DNA of 37,205 nt from a virus (IMGVR_UViG_2687453522_000004), one strand, 5' to 3'; shown: positions 26,119-35,861, numbered from the stretch's first letter. A program made the numbers and translations. The notes: generated by a model from the letters alone, not told the origin.

Positions 26119-28602
26119 ATGTCTGGTTTTTTCCTTGATTTAACCAAGCTTTCGCCCAGTGTAAATAGCGACACAGCGATTCCACCGCGAGATATATTTA
26201 CAGCTCTACCGAGCAAAGACACCAAATTTCAATACCCTCGAGATGTGCAATCAGAGGTCTGGGAAAAATGGTATGAAGCAAGGAGAAGCCCAACCAATGT
26301 AATAAAAATGAATACCGGAAGCGGTAAAACTTCAGTTGGGTTAATCATTCTTAAAAGCTGTATAAATGAAGGAGAAGGTCCCGCTGTATATGTTGTTCCT
26401 GACAACTATCTAGTTGAGCAAGTGGTTTTGGAGGCTAATCAACTTGGTATACCTGTAACTCAAGATGAGAGGTCCCCCAAATTTATTGCAGGTAAAGAAA
26501 TTTTAGTTACAAATATATTCAAAGTGGTTAATGGACGTTCTGCATTTGGCGTTGGAGATGATGGACAAAGAATACCAATAGGTTCTATAATAATTGACGA
26601 TGCTCACGCTTGCCTTTCTTCAATTGAAGAACAATTCTCCATTAGCATTCAAAAAAACAACCCTGCCTATGATAAATTATTCAGAATTTTTGAAAATTCA
26701 CTAATGACACAAGCTGGTGCAAAAACACTAGAGATAAAATCCGGCGATAGAAATGCTTATGTGAGAGTTCCATTTTGGAAATGGCAAGAAAGCATAAATG
26801 ATATAATGACAATCTTGTTAGAAAATAAAGACCATGATGACTTGAGTTTCAAATGGCCATTAATAAAAGACAATCTAATATTATCGAAATGCGTTGTAAG
26901 TGCTTCCAAAATAGAGATATCACCTCATTGCATACCAATCCAAATGATCCCAAGCCTATCAAACGCAAGAAGAAAAATATTCATGACAGCTACTCTTGTC
27001 GATGAATCCATTCTAGCGAGCCACTTCGGAATAACGGATGAATCACTCTCTAATCCGATAACACCAAAAACAATTGGTGATATTGGTGATAGAATGATAC
27101 TAATGCCTCAGGTTATAAACCCTAGTCTTTCTGATGTAGATATCAAAGCTATGTGCAAGGAGATATCCTCCAAACATAATGTTGTTGTAATTGTACCATC
27201 CGATTACAGAACTAGATTTTGGCAAGATGTTGCAGACAGAATATTAGATAAAAATACAATTTATCAAGGTGTACAAGAATTAAGGACACAACATGTTGGC
27301 TTAGTAGTCCTAGTTAATAGATATGATGGTATTGATTTACCAAATACCGCATGTCGTCTATTAGTAATAGATGGACTTCCTGACGTTCGTAGACTAATAG
27401 ATAAAGTCTCACAAAGCTTATTGCTTGGAAGCGAAAAAACCAAAGATGAAATTATCCAGAAAATTGAACAAGGAATGGGGCGAGGAGTGAGATCAAGCGA
27501 CGACTTCTGCGGAGTGATCTTACTTGGCAAAGCATTAAATGGCGCTGTTTTCCTTGGCTCCTCCTTAGAAAGGTTTTCTCCAGCAACGAAAGCACAAATT
27601 CAACTTTCACAGCAATTGGTATCGATACTGCCGGATACAACTATTGATTCAATCAAAGGTGCTCTTGATTATTGTCTGTTACGCAATTCTGACTGGGTCT
27701 CAAAAAGCAAAGGTATATTGACTGGCTTAACATTGGAAAATAAGCAGATTGACCAGCATACTATAAATAAAAGATTGGCATATGACTTAGCATCACGAAA
27801 TATGTTTCAACAAGCCGCTTTAACTCTAAAAAATGATAGTAGTACAGCTGACAAAGTTTATAAGGGTTATCTAAAAGAACATGCTGCGGAATATGTAAAC
27901 TTATATGACAAATCTGAAGCTCAGATATTGCTTCAGTCTGCATCAAACGATAACTATCGGGTATTAAAACCACTAATCGGCGTAACATATAATAGACTTA
28001 ATGGTGCGGCACTTGAACAGGCCAGGGAATGTAGCTCCTATCTCAGAAGTAATTTTGAATCGGCCAATCAAGTCGTTGTGCATACTAATTCAATAATAGA
28101 AAACCTTATTTTCTCCGAGGGCACATCGAATCCCTTCGAAGATGCTATCGAAAAAGTTGCATATTTGGTCGGTTTTCGTAGCCAACGGCCAGAAAATGAT
28201 ACAGGTAAAGGACCTGACAATTTATGGGCAATGGGAGAAAACAATTATCTAGTAATTGAATGCAAAAATGGAGCAACCGCAGAAAGAATAAGTAAGCATG
28301 ACTGCAATCAGTTAAATGGGTCGGGTGCATGGTTCAGAAACATGTATGATCAAACTGCTACCGCCACACCTATAATGATACATCACTCTAATATGCCTGA
28401 ATATGCCGCAACACTAAACGAAGGGTCTCGAATAATGACCATAAATGATCTTGAACGTTTTAAAGCATCTATCCTCAGTTTTATCACGGCCATTTGTACA
28501 AGTGATAAACGACACGATGAGATATTTATAAGAGAACAATTGATCACATGTAAATTACGTGCATCAGACATAGTTGAAACCTATACGCGAAACCCTCGTT
28601 AA
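26119..28602 (+). CDS. Low-GC cargo gene: 827-aa SF2 (DEAH/ResIII-like) helicase fused to a C-terminal PD-(D/E)xK nuclease; candidate single-gene anti-phage defence protein
   Basis: Uninterrupted ORF with AAGAGG Shine-Dalgarno. Helicase motifs: MNTGSGKT (Walker A), VVPDNY, IIIDDAHAC (motif II), FMTATL (motif III), QGMGRGVR (motif VI). C-terminal ...GPDNLWAMGENNYLVIECK... gives a D ... E-x-K pattern. Codon usage is AT-rich, unlike the flanking phage genes. Confidence 0.6.
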   Translation: MSGFFLDLTKLSPSVNSDTAIPPRDIFTALPSKDTKFQYPRDVQSEVWEKWYEARRSPTNVIKMNTGSGKTSVGLIILKSCINEGEGPAVYVVPDNYLVEQVVLEANQLGIPVTQDERSPKFIAGKEILVTNIFKVVNGRSAFGVGDDGQRIPIGSIIIDDAHACLSSIEEQFSISIQKNNPAYDKLFRIFENSLMTQAGAKTLEIKSGDRNAYVRVPFWKWQESINDIMTILLENKDHDDLSFKWPLIKDNLILSKCVVSASKIEISPHCIPIQMIPSLSNARRKIFMTATLVDESILASHFGITDESLSNPITPKTIGDIGDRMILMPQVINPSLSDVDIKAMCKEISSKHNVVVIVPSDYRTRFWQDVADRILDKNTIYQGVQELRTQHVGLVVLVNRYDGIDLPNTACRLLVIDGLPDVRRLIDKVSQSLLLGSEKTKDEIIQKIEQGMGRGVRSSDDFCGVILLGKALNGAVFLGSSLERFSPATKAQIQLSQQLVSILPDTTIDSIKGALDYCLLRNSDWVSKSKGILTGLTLENKQIDQHTINKRLAYDLASRNMFQQAALTLKNDSSTADKVYKGYLKEHAAEYVNLYDKSEAQILLQSASNDNYRVLKPLIGVTYNRLNGAALEQARECSSYLRSNFESANQVVVHTNSIIENLIFSEGTSNPFEDAIEKVAYLVGFRSQRPENDTGKGPDNLWAMGENNYLVIECKNGATAERISKHDCNQLNGSGAWFRNMYDQTATATPIMIHHSNMPEYAATLNEGSRIMTINDLERFKASILSFITAICTSDKRHDEIFIREQLITCKLRASDIVETYTRNPR

Positions 28603-28611
28603 ACAGTAAAA

Positions 28612-28634
28612 GACCACCTCCTAAGGAGGTGGTC
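28612..28634. terminator. Probable bidirectional rho-independent terminator after the cargo gene
   Basis: Perfect 10-bp stem GACCACCTCC / GGAGGTGGTC with a 3-nt loop, 10 nt after the stop, with T/A-rich runs on both sides. Confidence 0.65.
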
Positions 28635-28841
28635 CTTGTATAATAAAAAGAACCAGTTTTTATTGTTAATAATACAATTCTCGAATTTCAACATAGACTT
28701 ATTGTACCACCAGTAAAATCATCAATATTAATATATAGAAAAAAAGAAATGTCGATTGTTTGTACGTAGCGTAATCATATTAACATATACAGATAAACAG
28801 CAACCTTACCATTATGCAACCAATCTAAAACATTATGTTTA

Positions 28842-29834
28842 TTACTCTGAATAACCAGAAAACCCACTCCACTCATCTACACTAGGATATGAAAATTGCT
28901 TTTCATTGTAATTGACGATCGCACCGCGTACTAACGCCTCAAGCTCCCATCGCTGCGGCCTGATACCGTTTTGAGCAAGGTCAACACGGATACGGGTGAT
29001 TTGCAATCGTTCAGACCGGGTCAGTCTGGCCGATGGTGCAATTTCATGTGGTTTTAACGGGCTTCCGTTTCTTTGCTGACGACCTGGCGTTCTCCGACCG
29101 TGTTTTAATGCACCCCTGAGCGCCCTCACGACCTCCGGGTCATTCCATTCGATAACACCGTCATCAACCAGATTTAGCACTGCTGCGGCGTGCTCAGAAG
29201 GTGTGGGAGCCGGTAACGAAGTATCACCACCGGTGAGCTTTCCACAGTTATTGACAGGACTCCGAGGCGCGGCGATGCCGCTTTTTAAAGTCAAAGGCTC
29301 AACGACCGGAACTTTCGGCACAATGCGCCAGTCCGTCGTTCTGGTGATATGAATATGACGCGCGCCGAGATGCGGCGCGTAAATGCCGACCACTCTCTCG
29401 ACTTCTTCCTCGTACTCGTTAACGTCATCCGACAGACTACGGGCGACCCTGACAGTCTGACAATCGCGCGGGACATTTGCCCCGCCCTGCGCGCTGATAT
29501 ACAGCGCAAAATCACCACTGTCTGCGGCGGCGCGTGCAGCCTCGACGCGCTCGTCAAACTCATCAGCAATGCTGACGCCGCGAGGCAATTTGCGTAGTTC
29601 ACGGTAAGCCCCCATTGTCGGCAGGCCAACCGTTTTAAATTGCGGAATGCGCCACGTTGACGCCCATGCGGTAACAGCCGCTGCAGTGTCTTTCAGCGGC
29701 CTGCCGGTGTCGTTATCGAGCTGACCATCCAGTGCATAGCCGTCGATGTTTTTTGAAATGTATTTCGCGATATATCCCGCAGCACCGCCCCGGTTAAGGT
29801 GTTTTGCCTGAAAACGGTTTCGCGCGGCTCCTCT
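28842..29834 (-). pseudogene. A: Replication initiation protein gpA-like, C-terminal fragment (about 330 codons) cut off from the N-terminal part by an IS21-family insertion
   Basis: Reading upstream from the ORF start at 29615 stays open and P2 A-like (...RGAARNRFQAKHLNRGGAAGYIAKYISKNIDGYALDG...) up to the IS boundary at 29835. Confidence 0.85.
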
Positions 29835-29919
29835 TGCGTATTACCGTGAAGGAGATCGGTGAGTAACATCGATGGAGATCGGTTCGTGTCACTTTCACAG
29901 AACCGTTTTTAAATTACCT

Positions 29920-30669
29920 TCACTGATCTCCTTCGGTCAACGGAGATTGTATTTTCCGCATTGATTCTCCTTTAAGTTCGATCTTGATACTGCCATGAAC
30001 CAGTCGATCTAGGATGGCATCCGCATGTGTGGAGTCTCCGATCATTTTGTACCAGTTTTCCACCGGCAACTGGCTCACTACGATGATTGAGCCTCGTTGG
30101 TACATCAGATCCACTATTTCCAGCAGGTCGCTACGCTGTTCTGATGAGAGAGGTTCCAGCCCCCAGTCATCCAGAAGCAGCAGATCGCTATTATTCAGCC
30201 TGGTCAAAAGTTTGCTGTATCTTCCATCAGCATGCCCCTGATAGCACTGTTCCATCAGCGCTTTAAGGCGATAATAGTAGACCTTGTATCCCTGTCGGCA
30301 GGCATTATGACCAAGTGCACATGCCAGGAACGTTTTACCGCTGCCGGTGGCCCCGGTCAGTAAAATATTTTGTTTCAGGGTTAACCAGTTTCCCTGACTG
30401 AGTGAACGGATGAGGGCCCTGTCCAGCCCTCTATTGTTACGATAATCCAGCTTTGATAACTCAGCATTAAGTCTGAACCGTGCATGTTTGATCAGACGCT
30501 CTGCCTTCCTGTTTTCACGGCAGGTTAGTTCTTCTGCTGTCAGTAATGACAGGCGTTCTTCGAAGCCCAGCTCCTGGTATGTGCCCGGTTGAGCAAGTTG
30601 CTTTTTAAGCGCATCACGGAAGCCGGTGAGTTTAAGTGCGGTCAGTTGTTCGTAAAGATGATTCATCAT
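29920..30669 (-). CDS. istB: IS21-family ATP-binding helper IstB
   Basis: 249 aa with Walker A (GATGSGKT) and Walker B (LLLLDDWG) motifs, DnaC-like. Confidence 0.88.
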   Translation of the reverse strand: MMNHLYEQLTALKLTGFRDALKKQLAQPGTYQELGFEERLSLLTAEELTCRENRKAERLIKHARFRLNAELSKLDYRNNRGLDRALIRSLSQGNWLTLKQNILLTGATGSGKTFLACALGHNACRQGYKVYYYRLKALMEQCYQGHADGRYSKLLTRLNNSDLLLLDDWGLEPLSSEQRSDLLEIVDLMYQRGSIIVVSQLPVENWYKMIGDSTHADAILDRLVHGSIKIELKGESMRKIQSPLTEGDQ

Positions 30670-30680
30670 TGGATCCCGTA

Positions 30681-32222
30681 TCAGTGGTAATACTCACTGC
30701 CGCGTACGTTTTCGTGTTCCATCGTGGATAACAGATCTGGTTTTGGATCCTGAACAGGTTGTTTATCCAGACCTTTTTCCAGGATCGATTTAATACCTGA
30801 CAGACGCCATACCTTTGTTTCCAGAGCTCTTGCACATGCTGCATTAAGTCTGGCTTTACTGTATTTTTTATGAAGGTTCAGGAGTCCAAGGCAGAAGCGA
30901 TAGCTTTGTTCCGGATGTGGACGAGAGTTCAGTATATGAAGCACATAACTATGAGTTTCACTGCCTATGTGCCCCGCCCATTCCAGAAGACGCTCTGGCG
31001 TCCAGGTGGCATGCTGTCGATGAGCTTCAGGCATGTGCTCGTTGCGGGTACTGTAGCCATAAGTACGCTTGCGCGGGTGCACAGCAACCTCCTGCCCCTG
31101 ATTGAAGAGTCTTACCAGTTCTCCGGAGATCCATGCTTCCAGTTGCTGGCCTAACAGCGAACATGGAACCGAGTAGTAATGTTTGTCGATTTCCACGTGG
31201 TAATCGGCATGAACTCTGACTTTCTTCACCAGGGTGTAACTGTAACTGGCTTCAGGAAGAGGCTTCAGTGCGGGTTTATCAAGCTGGATGAAGAGTTCTG
31301 CACGTGAATAACCCAACTTCTGCATTATTTTGTTATTCAGTCTTTCCAGCAACTCCCGAATGCGCTGATTAAGCGATGCAAGGCTGTAGAAGATCTCATG
31401 CCTGATTCGGGCCATGATCCAGCGTTCAACAACCTGAACGCCAACTTCAGCTTTGGCTTTATCTTTCGGTTTACGTGGCCGCGCAGGCAAAACTGCGACA
31501 TTATAATGCTCAAGCATCTGCTGGTAGGTAGGGTTAACGTCAGGATCATACTTACATGCCCTGGATGTGGCGCTTTTCAGATTGTCCGGAACAACAAGTT
31601 CAGGAACGCCACCCAACCACTGGAAGCAGCGAACATGACTCATCACCCAGTCTTCAAGCTGCTGAGACCAGGTGGCCTCTGCCCATGTGTAACTTGATGC
31701 CCCGAGAACAGCTACGATGACCTGAGCAGTTCTTATTTCTCCGGTCTCAGGGTCGGTAACGCCAACGGTAGGTCCACAGTAATCAACGAAAAGTTTTTCG
31801 CCAGCTTTATGTACCTGACGCATTGATGGTGAAGTGGTTTTGAGCCATTCACGGTACATCCGGCAGTAATGGTTATAGCTGTAAAAACCGCCTGGATTAC
31901 GCTCACAGTATTCTTCCCAGAGTAGCTGCAGCGTCACGCATTTATTACGCAGTTCCCGGTGTACTGTAGCCCAGTCAGGCAGAGAGTGCTTCTTCATCTT
32001 AACCTGGGTCTGAAGGAACGCATGTTTTAGTTTTGTATCATCCCATCCTGTAGGTAAGGGCCACTGCTTTATGCCAAGTTGAGCCGCCCGATTAGCATAT
32101 CTGGATACAACGGAAGGGGAGATTGCAAGACTACGACCAATTTGTCGATGGCTGAGTCCAACACCGTATTTAAGCCTAAGAATTTCTTTAAGTTTTCTCA
32201 TAGAAATTGGAACTGTTGGCAT
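30681..32222 (-). CDS. istA: IS21-family transposase IstA
   Basis: 513-aa ORF with N-terminal HTH and DDE core, upstream of and nearly abutting istB. Confidence 0.85.
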   Translation of the reverse strand: MPTVPISMRKLKEILRLKYGVGLSHRQIGRSLAISPSVVSRYANRAAQLGIKQWPLPTGWDDTKLKHAFLQTQVKMKKHSLPDWATVHRELRNKCVTLQLLWEEYCERNPGGFYSYNHYCRMYREWLKTTSPSMRQVHKAGEKLFVDYCGPTVGVTDPETGEIRTAQVIVAVLGASSYTWAEATWSQQLEDWVMSHVRCFQWLGGVPELVVPDNLKSATSRACKYDPDVNPTYQQMLEHYNVAVLPARPRKPKDKAKAEVGVQVVERWIMARIRHEIFYSLASLNQRIRELLERLNNKIMQKLGYSRAELFIQLDKPALKPLPEASYSYTLVKKVRVHADYHVEIDKHYYSVPCSLLGQQLEAWISGELVRLFNQGQEVAVHPRKRTYGYSTRNEHMPEAHRQHATWTPERLLEWAGHIGSETHSYVLHILNSRPHPEQSYRFCLGLLNLHKKYSKARLNAACARALETKVWRLSGIKSILEKGLDKQPVQDPKPDLLSTMEHENVRGSEYYH

Positions 32223-32415
32223 AGGTATCCTTTACCGGAATGGCAAAAGATACAGATCAACACACCTGTGAAGTTCCAATAACATTGATGGAGATCACTG
32301 AATAACAAAATGAGTCAAAAGTGATCTCCATCGATGTTATTCAGCGATCTGTTCAAATGTTATTACCCGATCTCGATGGAAGTTATTGAGTGATCTCCTT
32401 TCATGAAAATACGCA

Positions 32416-33707
32416 CCTCTTTCGTCGCCATCCTCTTTGAGCGCATAGCGACGCATGATTTCGATAATCTGGTTACGCTGGCGTGGATGACAAAAAAGCA
32501 TCATATGCCAGTGCGGCGTTCCGTCGTGGTGTGGCTCGACGACTCGCAAACCGTAGACCTGTAAATCATTATCCTTGAATGCCGTGCGCATCAGGCTCCA
32601 GATACGGCAGAGATAACGCTGCGCATCCTTTGGATTAAATGCCTCATCGTTCCAGCCGTGATTAAGCTGAACGGTTTTACTTTCGCCTTTTCCGACCTGA
32701 CGTGTCGGGTGATACTTTGACGGCGCGGTCAGCGTGATAAACATCCCCACATCACCCTCTGCGGCGGCGTAACGCTCAATACCGGCAATGGTGTTCATCA
32801 GCTCCATCCGGCGAATTTCAGGATTAGAAATACTGCCCATCACCTTACTGATAAGGTCGATGCGCTCGCCGGTTTCCCTGTTTTCAAGGTCACACGATTT
32901 AAGAAATTCCAGATTTGCCTGGCGGCGCGCACGCACATCACGAATGGCGTGTTTACTGGCATAAGGAGAACGGTCTTTATTGACCTCCCCGACAGCTATC
33001 AGTAACGCCTCATGCCAGCGCATACGCTGGCCTTTAAGCTGATGAGTCCACCACTCATCGTTAAACAGGCGGGCAATGGCAGAATATGCCTGCCTCGTGG
33101 TCATCTGTCCTTTACGGTATTTTTTCCAGTAGAGCGGGGAAATATTGAAAGCACGTGCAGCGCCAGCAACATGACCATACAGGTGAGCCTGCGCCTCATC
33201 CGTAAACAGCGATTCTTTTTCACCATGCGCATCAACCCATGCATCGCAGAGTTCCTCATACATCATGAAAAGCTGCGATGAGATACGGGCGGCAAACTTT
33301 TTCAGCTCCTTGTCATTCATTCCCGGCAGGCGCGCATAGTGGTCACGCTCTGCCAGAAACAGCAACGACGCGTCGGTGTTCATTTCATGGCGCTGATTCA
33401 CACGCTCAATGCGCGGCCATAAACGACGCTGAAAAGTAGATGTGAGGAAATAAAACCCGTGCACCGGGCTTTTATTGCGCCGGATGTAGTCATAGCGTGA
33501 AGTAAACAGCGAGCGCAAAAAGTAAGGCAGGCGGTTAATCGTGGATAAAACACCTTGCACCTGACGCATCTCGTCACGTGTAAGAGGTCTTTCGCGCCCG
33601 ACAGCCTCGCGTGGCGCGTTCCATGCATAAGCACCGGTAAACGCCTTACCGGTGCCTGCGGTAAATGCTGACGGAGGGACAAAACGCCCGGAGGCTTTAA
33701 CGGCCAT
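32416..33707 (-). pseudogene. A: Replication initiation protein gpA-like, N-terminal fragment (about 430 codons); the frame runs into the IS and stops at 32337
   Basis: Start MAVKASGRFVPPSAF (the ORF track extends to 33749); the P2 A-like sequence ends ...EDGDERGA at the IS junction, then reads IS-derived residues. Confidence 0.85.
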
Positions 33708-33972
33708 ATGAGCCAAAAGCCTCTGAACAACGCTTGCTGAGTTGCTCAACCTGCGCGTTTAAATCAGCAAAAGATTTTGCGCTTCCGGTCAGAATATCGT
33801 GATGCATCAGGCCGGAAACGAGCTGGCCTAATTTCGGGTAATAACCAACCACCGCCAGCCATTCCTGACCGGCGTTTTTACCGCTTTCCGCTCTCTTTTT
33901 CTCGTGGAGAATAAACTGAAAGCTGTCACTGGTAACGACATAACGTTCGCCAATTTCAATACGAATACTCAT
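33697..33972 (-). CDS. Small early-region hypothetical protein (P2 orf83-like position)
   Basis: 91-aa ORF immediately upstream of A, overlapping its start. Confidence 0.6.
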   Translation of the reverse strand: MSIRIEIGERYVVTSDSFQFILHEKKRAESGKNAGQEWLAVVGYYPKLGQLVSGLMHHDILTGSAKSFADLNAQVEQLSKRCSEAFGSYGR

Positions 33973-34193
33973 GCCGTTCTCCGGTAATGTTTGTTTTTTG
34001 CTTCAAAGACTGACTGACAGGAAACACAACGCGTGGCTGACGGATAAGCCGCACGACGGGCAGCAGGTATTGGCGCGTCACACTCTTCGCAAACCAGCGC
34101 AGAAACACCGCAATGTTTTACCCTTGCCGCGTTAATCTGGCGCTCCAGTAATTCAGCCTGTTGTTCCTGAATAAAATCCACGTTGTCCGGCAT
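33969..34193 (-). CDS. TraR/DksA-family C4 zinc-finger protein
   Basis: 74 aa with two Cys pairs: C-x2-C (CEECDAPIP) and C-x2-C (CVSCQ). Confidence 0.7.
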   Translation of the reverse strand: MPDNVDFIQEQQAELLERQINAARVKHCGVSALVCEECDAPIPAARRAAYPSATRCVSCQSVFEAKNKHYRRTA

Positions 34194-34498
34194 TACCAGC
34201 TCCTTTTGTCGTTCAGCTTCTTAAATTCATCAGCGCAATAACTGGCGAGTTCTGTCGTTAATTTTGTCAGTTCATCCACTGAGGAAATTTGCTTGTGGAA
34301 TACAGCGCGTTTAACAAGTAAATTGACCACATCAGACAGGAGGTTTAATTCACTCTGATAAATCGCGATAACAGATTCAGTTATTTCGCGCTTCTCTTTA
34401 TCAATACCAAGTTGAATAAGAGACAAATCACCATTTTTCATAACGGCGATTTTTAAGGCGTTATTCAGTAATACAACCGAACGAGAACAGGACATCAA
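34193..34498 (-). CDS. Hypothetical protein (small early-region ORF, AT-rich)
   Basis: 101-aa ORF with ATGA-type overlap to its neighbours; no recognisable motif. Confidence 0.5.
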   Translation of the reverse strand: MMSCSRSVVLLNNALKIAVMKNGDLSLIQLGIDKEKREITESVIAIYQSELNLLSDVVNLLVKRAVFHKQISSVDELTKLTTELASYCADEFKKLNDKRSW

Positions 34499-34719
34499 AG
34501 CACCTCCCCGCGAGACAATCCGATATTGTGAAATTTTTCCGACTCCTGACTGAGCAGCTCAACTATCTCCACGCGGGATAACTCCGCCTTTGTGATGTGG
34601 CGAATCATGGCGTCAAGATGAGAAGAAAAGCGCGTCGCAGCGTCGGCCTGTGCTTCGGTTCTGGCCTGTTGCAGCAGTAATGCGTATTTACCGCACTGAT
34701 TTTCAGAAACTGTATGCAT
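34495..34719 (-). CDS. Hypothetical protein (small early-region ORF)
   Basis: 74-aa ORF immediately downstream of B. Confidence 0.5.
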   Translation of the reverse strand: MHTVSENQCGKYALLLQQARTEAQADAATRFSSHLDAMIRHITKAELSRVEIVELLSQESEKFHNIGLSRGEVL

Positions 34720-34782
34720 GACTTTCTCCAGGCAAAAAGAAGCCCCGCACGATTAAGTGCGTTAAAAACTCTGGTTAATTAT

Positions 34783-35289
34783 TTAATGCAGATATTGCTC
34801 TGGTTTTACCGACGTCAGAATTGTCGGTGCATACTCAAACAGACTGAATAATTCACGTAATGCACGGAATAAAGCATCACGCCAGTAACATGATTCTTCA
34901 TTAATTCGCCAGTACGGCTGATTGAATTCTTTTTCTGTCAATCCCGCATGCATAAATAAAGTACGACGCTGACTGACTGTTAAAAAACTAATATATGCAT
35001 ACTCACTTGCGCCGACCTGACGGCGTTTTGAGAATGCGCCACGCAATTCATCAATTGCACAAACCAGTCGTTCACGTTCGACGTCGTTCATTTCTTCAAA
35101 ACGCATCGTTGCGTGACGCTGTTTTAACTGTGCATGAAAGCAAACCGTTAGCCGTTCGCGCTCCATCATCTGATTATAATAATCACATGTATCCTGCCAG
35201 CGAGGGACGGCAAGATGCTTGCCAATTATCCGGCGCATAGCTGCTGGCTGTTTTTCAACGAGATTGAGCGTCATCACTGTCATTTCCAT
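34783..35289 (-). CDS. B: Replication protein gpB-like (helicase-loader-like early protein)
   Basis: 168-aa ORF; the conserved start is probably the internal MTLNLVEKQPAAMRR. Confidence 0.85.
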   Translation of the reverse strand: MEMTVMTLNLVEKQPAAMRRIIGKHLAVPRWQDTCDYYNQMMERERLTVCFHAQLKQRHATMRFEEMNDVERERLVCAIDELRGAFSKRRQVGASEYAYISFLTVSQRRTLFMHAGLTEKEFNQPYWRINEESCYWRDALFRALRELFSLFEYAPTILTSVKPEQYLH

Positions 35290-35477
35290 ACCCTCCGGCT
35301 TTTCAGAAAGGTCAGAGCCTTTTTTAACGGACTCTGTTTTTTGGTGCGGATAATGATTCCCTTACGCCCCTTACCGTGGGTGATGGTGAAGTCAATCGCC
35401 CTGGGGCTTTCGTTACGCAATAACTGAGCAATACAACGCGGCTCATTCATAATCACAACCCCATCCACAAAAGCCAT
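35280..35477 (-). CDS. Small early protein (P2 orf78-like position between cox and B)
   Basis: 65-aa basic ORF overlapping the cox end and the B start. Confidence 0.55.
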   Translation of the reverse strand: MAFVDGVVIMNEPRCIAQLLRNESPRAIDFTITHGKGRKGIIIRTKKQSPLKKALTFLKSRRVWK

Positions 35478-35740
35478 GCATCACGCTGTTCAACCGGTCG
35501 GTTATAAAACGCCTCACGTACAGCGCGATTAAACTCAGGAATGAAAACCCATTTTTCACCGGCACGAGCCTTCGGTTTGCAAGGATCACGCAATTCAATA
35601 ATTGGTAATTTATTTGCCTTCACCATTTCACTGACGGCTGTCTTTGGCTTCCCTAATAAATCAGCAAATTTATCCACATGAACCGCATCAAGCGGATACT
35701 GAATCACATAATTTTCAGCGTCCATATATGGTACCCTCAT
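35453..35740 (-). CDS. cox: Cox-like excision control / early-operon regulator
   Basis: 95-aa ORF (the start may be the Met at codon 6), first gene of the leftward early operon, divergent from C; motifs KLPIIELRDP...RAGEKWVFIPEFNRAVREAFYNRP resemble Cox. Confidence 0.75.
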   Translation of the reverse strand: MRVPYMDAENYVIQYPLDAVHVDKFADLLGKPKTAVSEMVKANKLPIIELRDPCKPKARAGEKWVFIPEFNRAVREAFYNRPVEQRDAWLLWMGL

Positions 35741-35802
35741 AGGATCCAGCCCTTTCTAAACCACTCAAAACCGTTTAGATGCTGGTTTATTCTCAAATCA
35801 AT

Positions 35803-35820
35803 GGAACCTATATAGGTTCC
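35803..35820. promoter_or_regulatory. Perfect 18-bp palindrome GGAACCTATATAGGTTCC in the C/cox switch region (candidate operator overlapping a -10-like TATATA)
   Basis: Exact palindrome; its core CCTATATAGG recurs at 35841..35850. Confidence 0.6.
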
Positions 35821-35837
35821 AGTTTTGAGGGGATTTA

Positions 35838-35855
35838 GTCCCTATATAGGCACCA
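35838..35855. promoter_or_regulatory. Second operator-like element AGTCCCTATATAGGCACC in the C/cox switch region
   Basis: Shares the 10-bp palindromic core CCTATATAGG with the first element, 34 bp centre to centre, just upstream of the C start. Confidence 0.5.
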
Positions 35856-35861
35856 TGTCAA

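Larger units (their letters stand above)
29835..32415 (-). mobile_element. IS21-family insertion sequence (about 2.58 kb; istA-istB) inserted in gene A
   Basis: Terminal inverted repeats TGCGTATTACCGTGAAGGAGATC / GATCTCCTTTCATGAAAATACGCA, internal multiple GATCTCC-type terminal repeats, and a 5-bp direct repeat CCTCT (29830..29834 and 32416..32420). The exact end is ambiguous by 1 bp. Confidence 0.8.

Noticed and set aside
27264-28571. Five small minus-strand ORFs inside the cargo gene (27264..27530, 27452..27640, 27761..27988, 28145..28330, 28383..28571)
   Set aside because: AT-rich DNA produces long antisense open frames by chance; all lie within the 827-aa gene and none has a convincing start context. 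A small antitoxin-like partner cannot be fully excluded without expression data.
26119-28602. Cargo gene read as the Res subunit of a type III restriction-modification system
   Set aside because: No Mod methyltransferase or any other gene is present in the island; the gene is bounded by cos on one side and by a terminator and gene A on the other, so it is a solitary helicase-nuclease.
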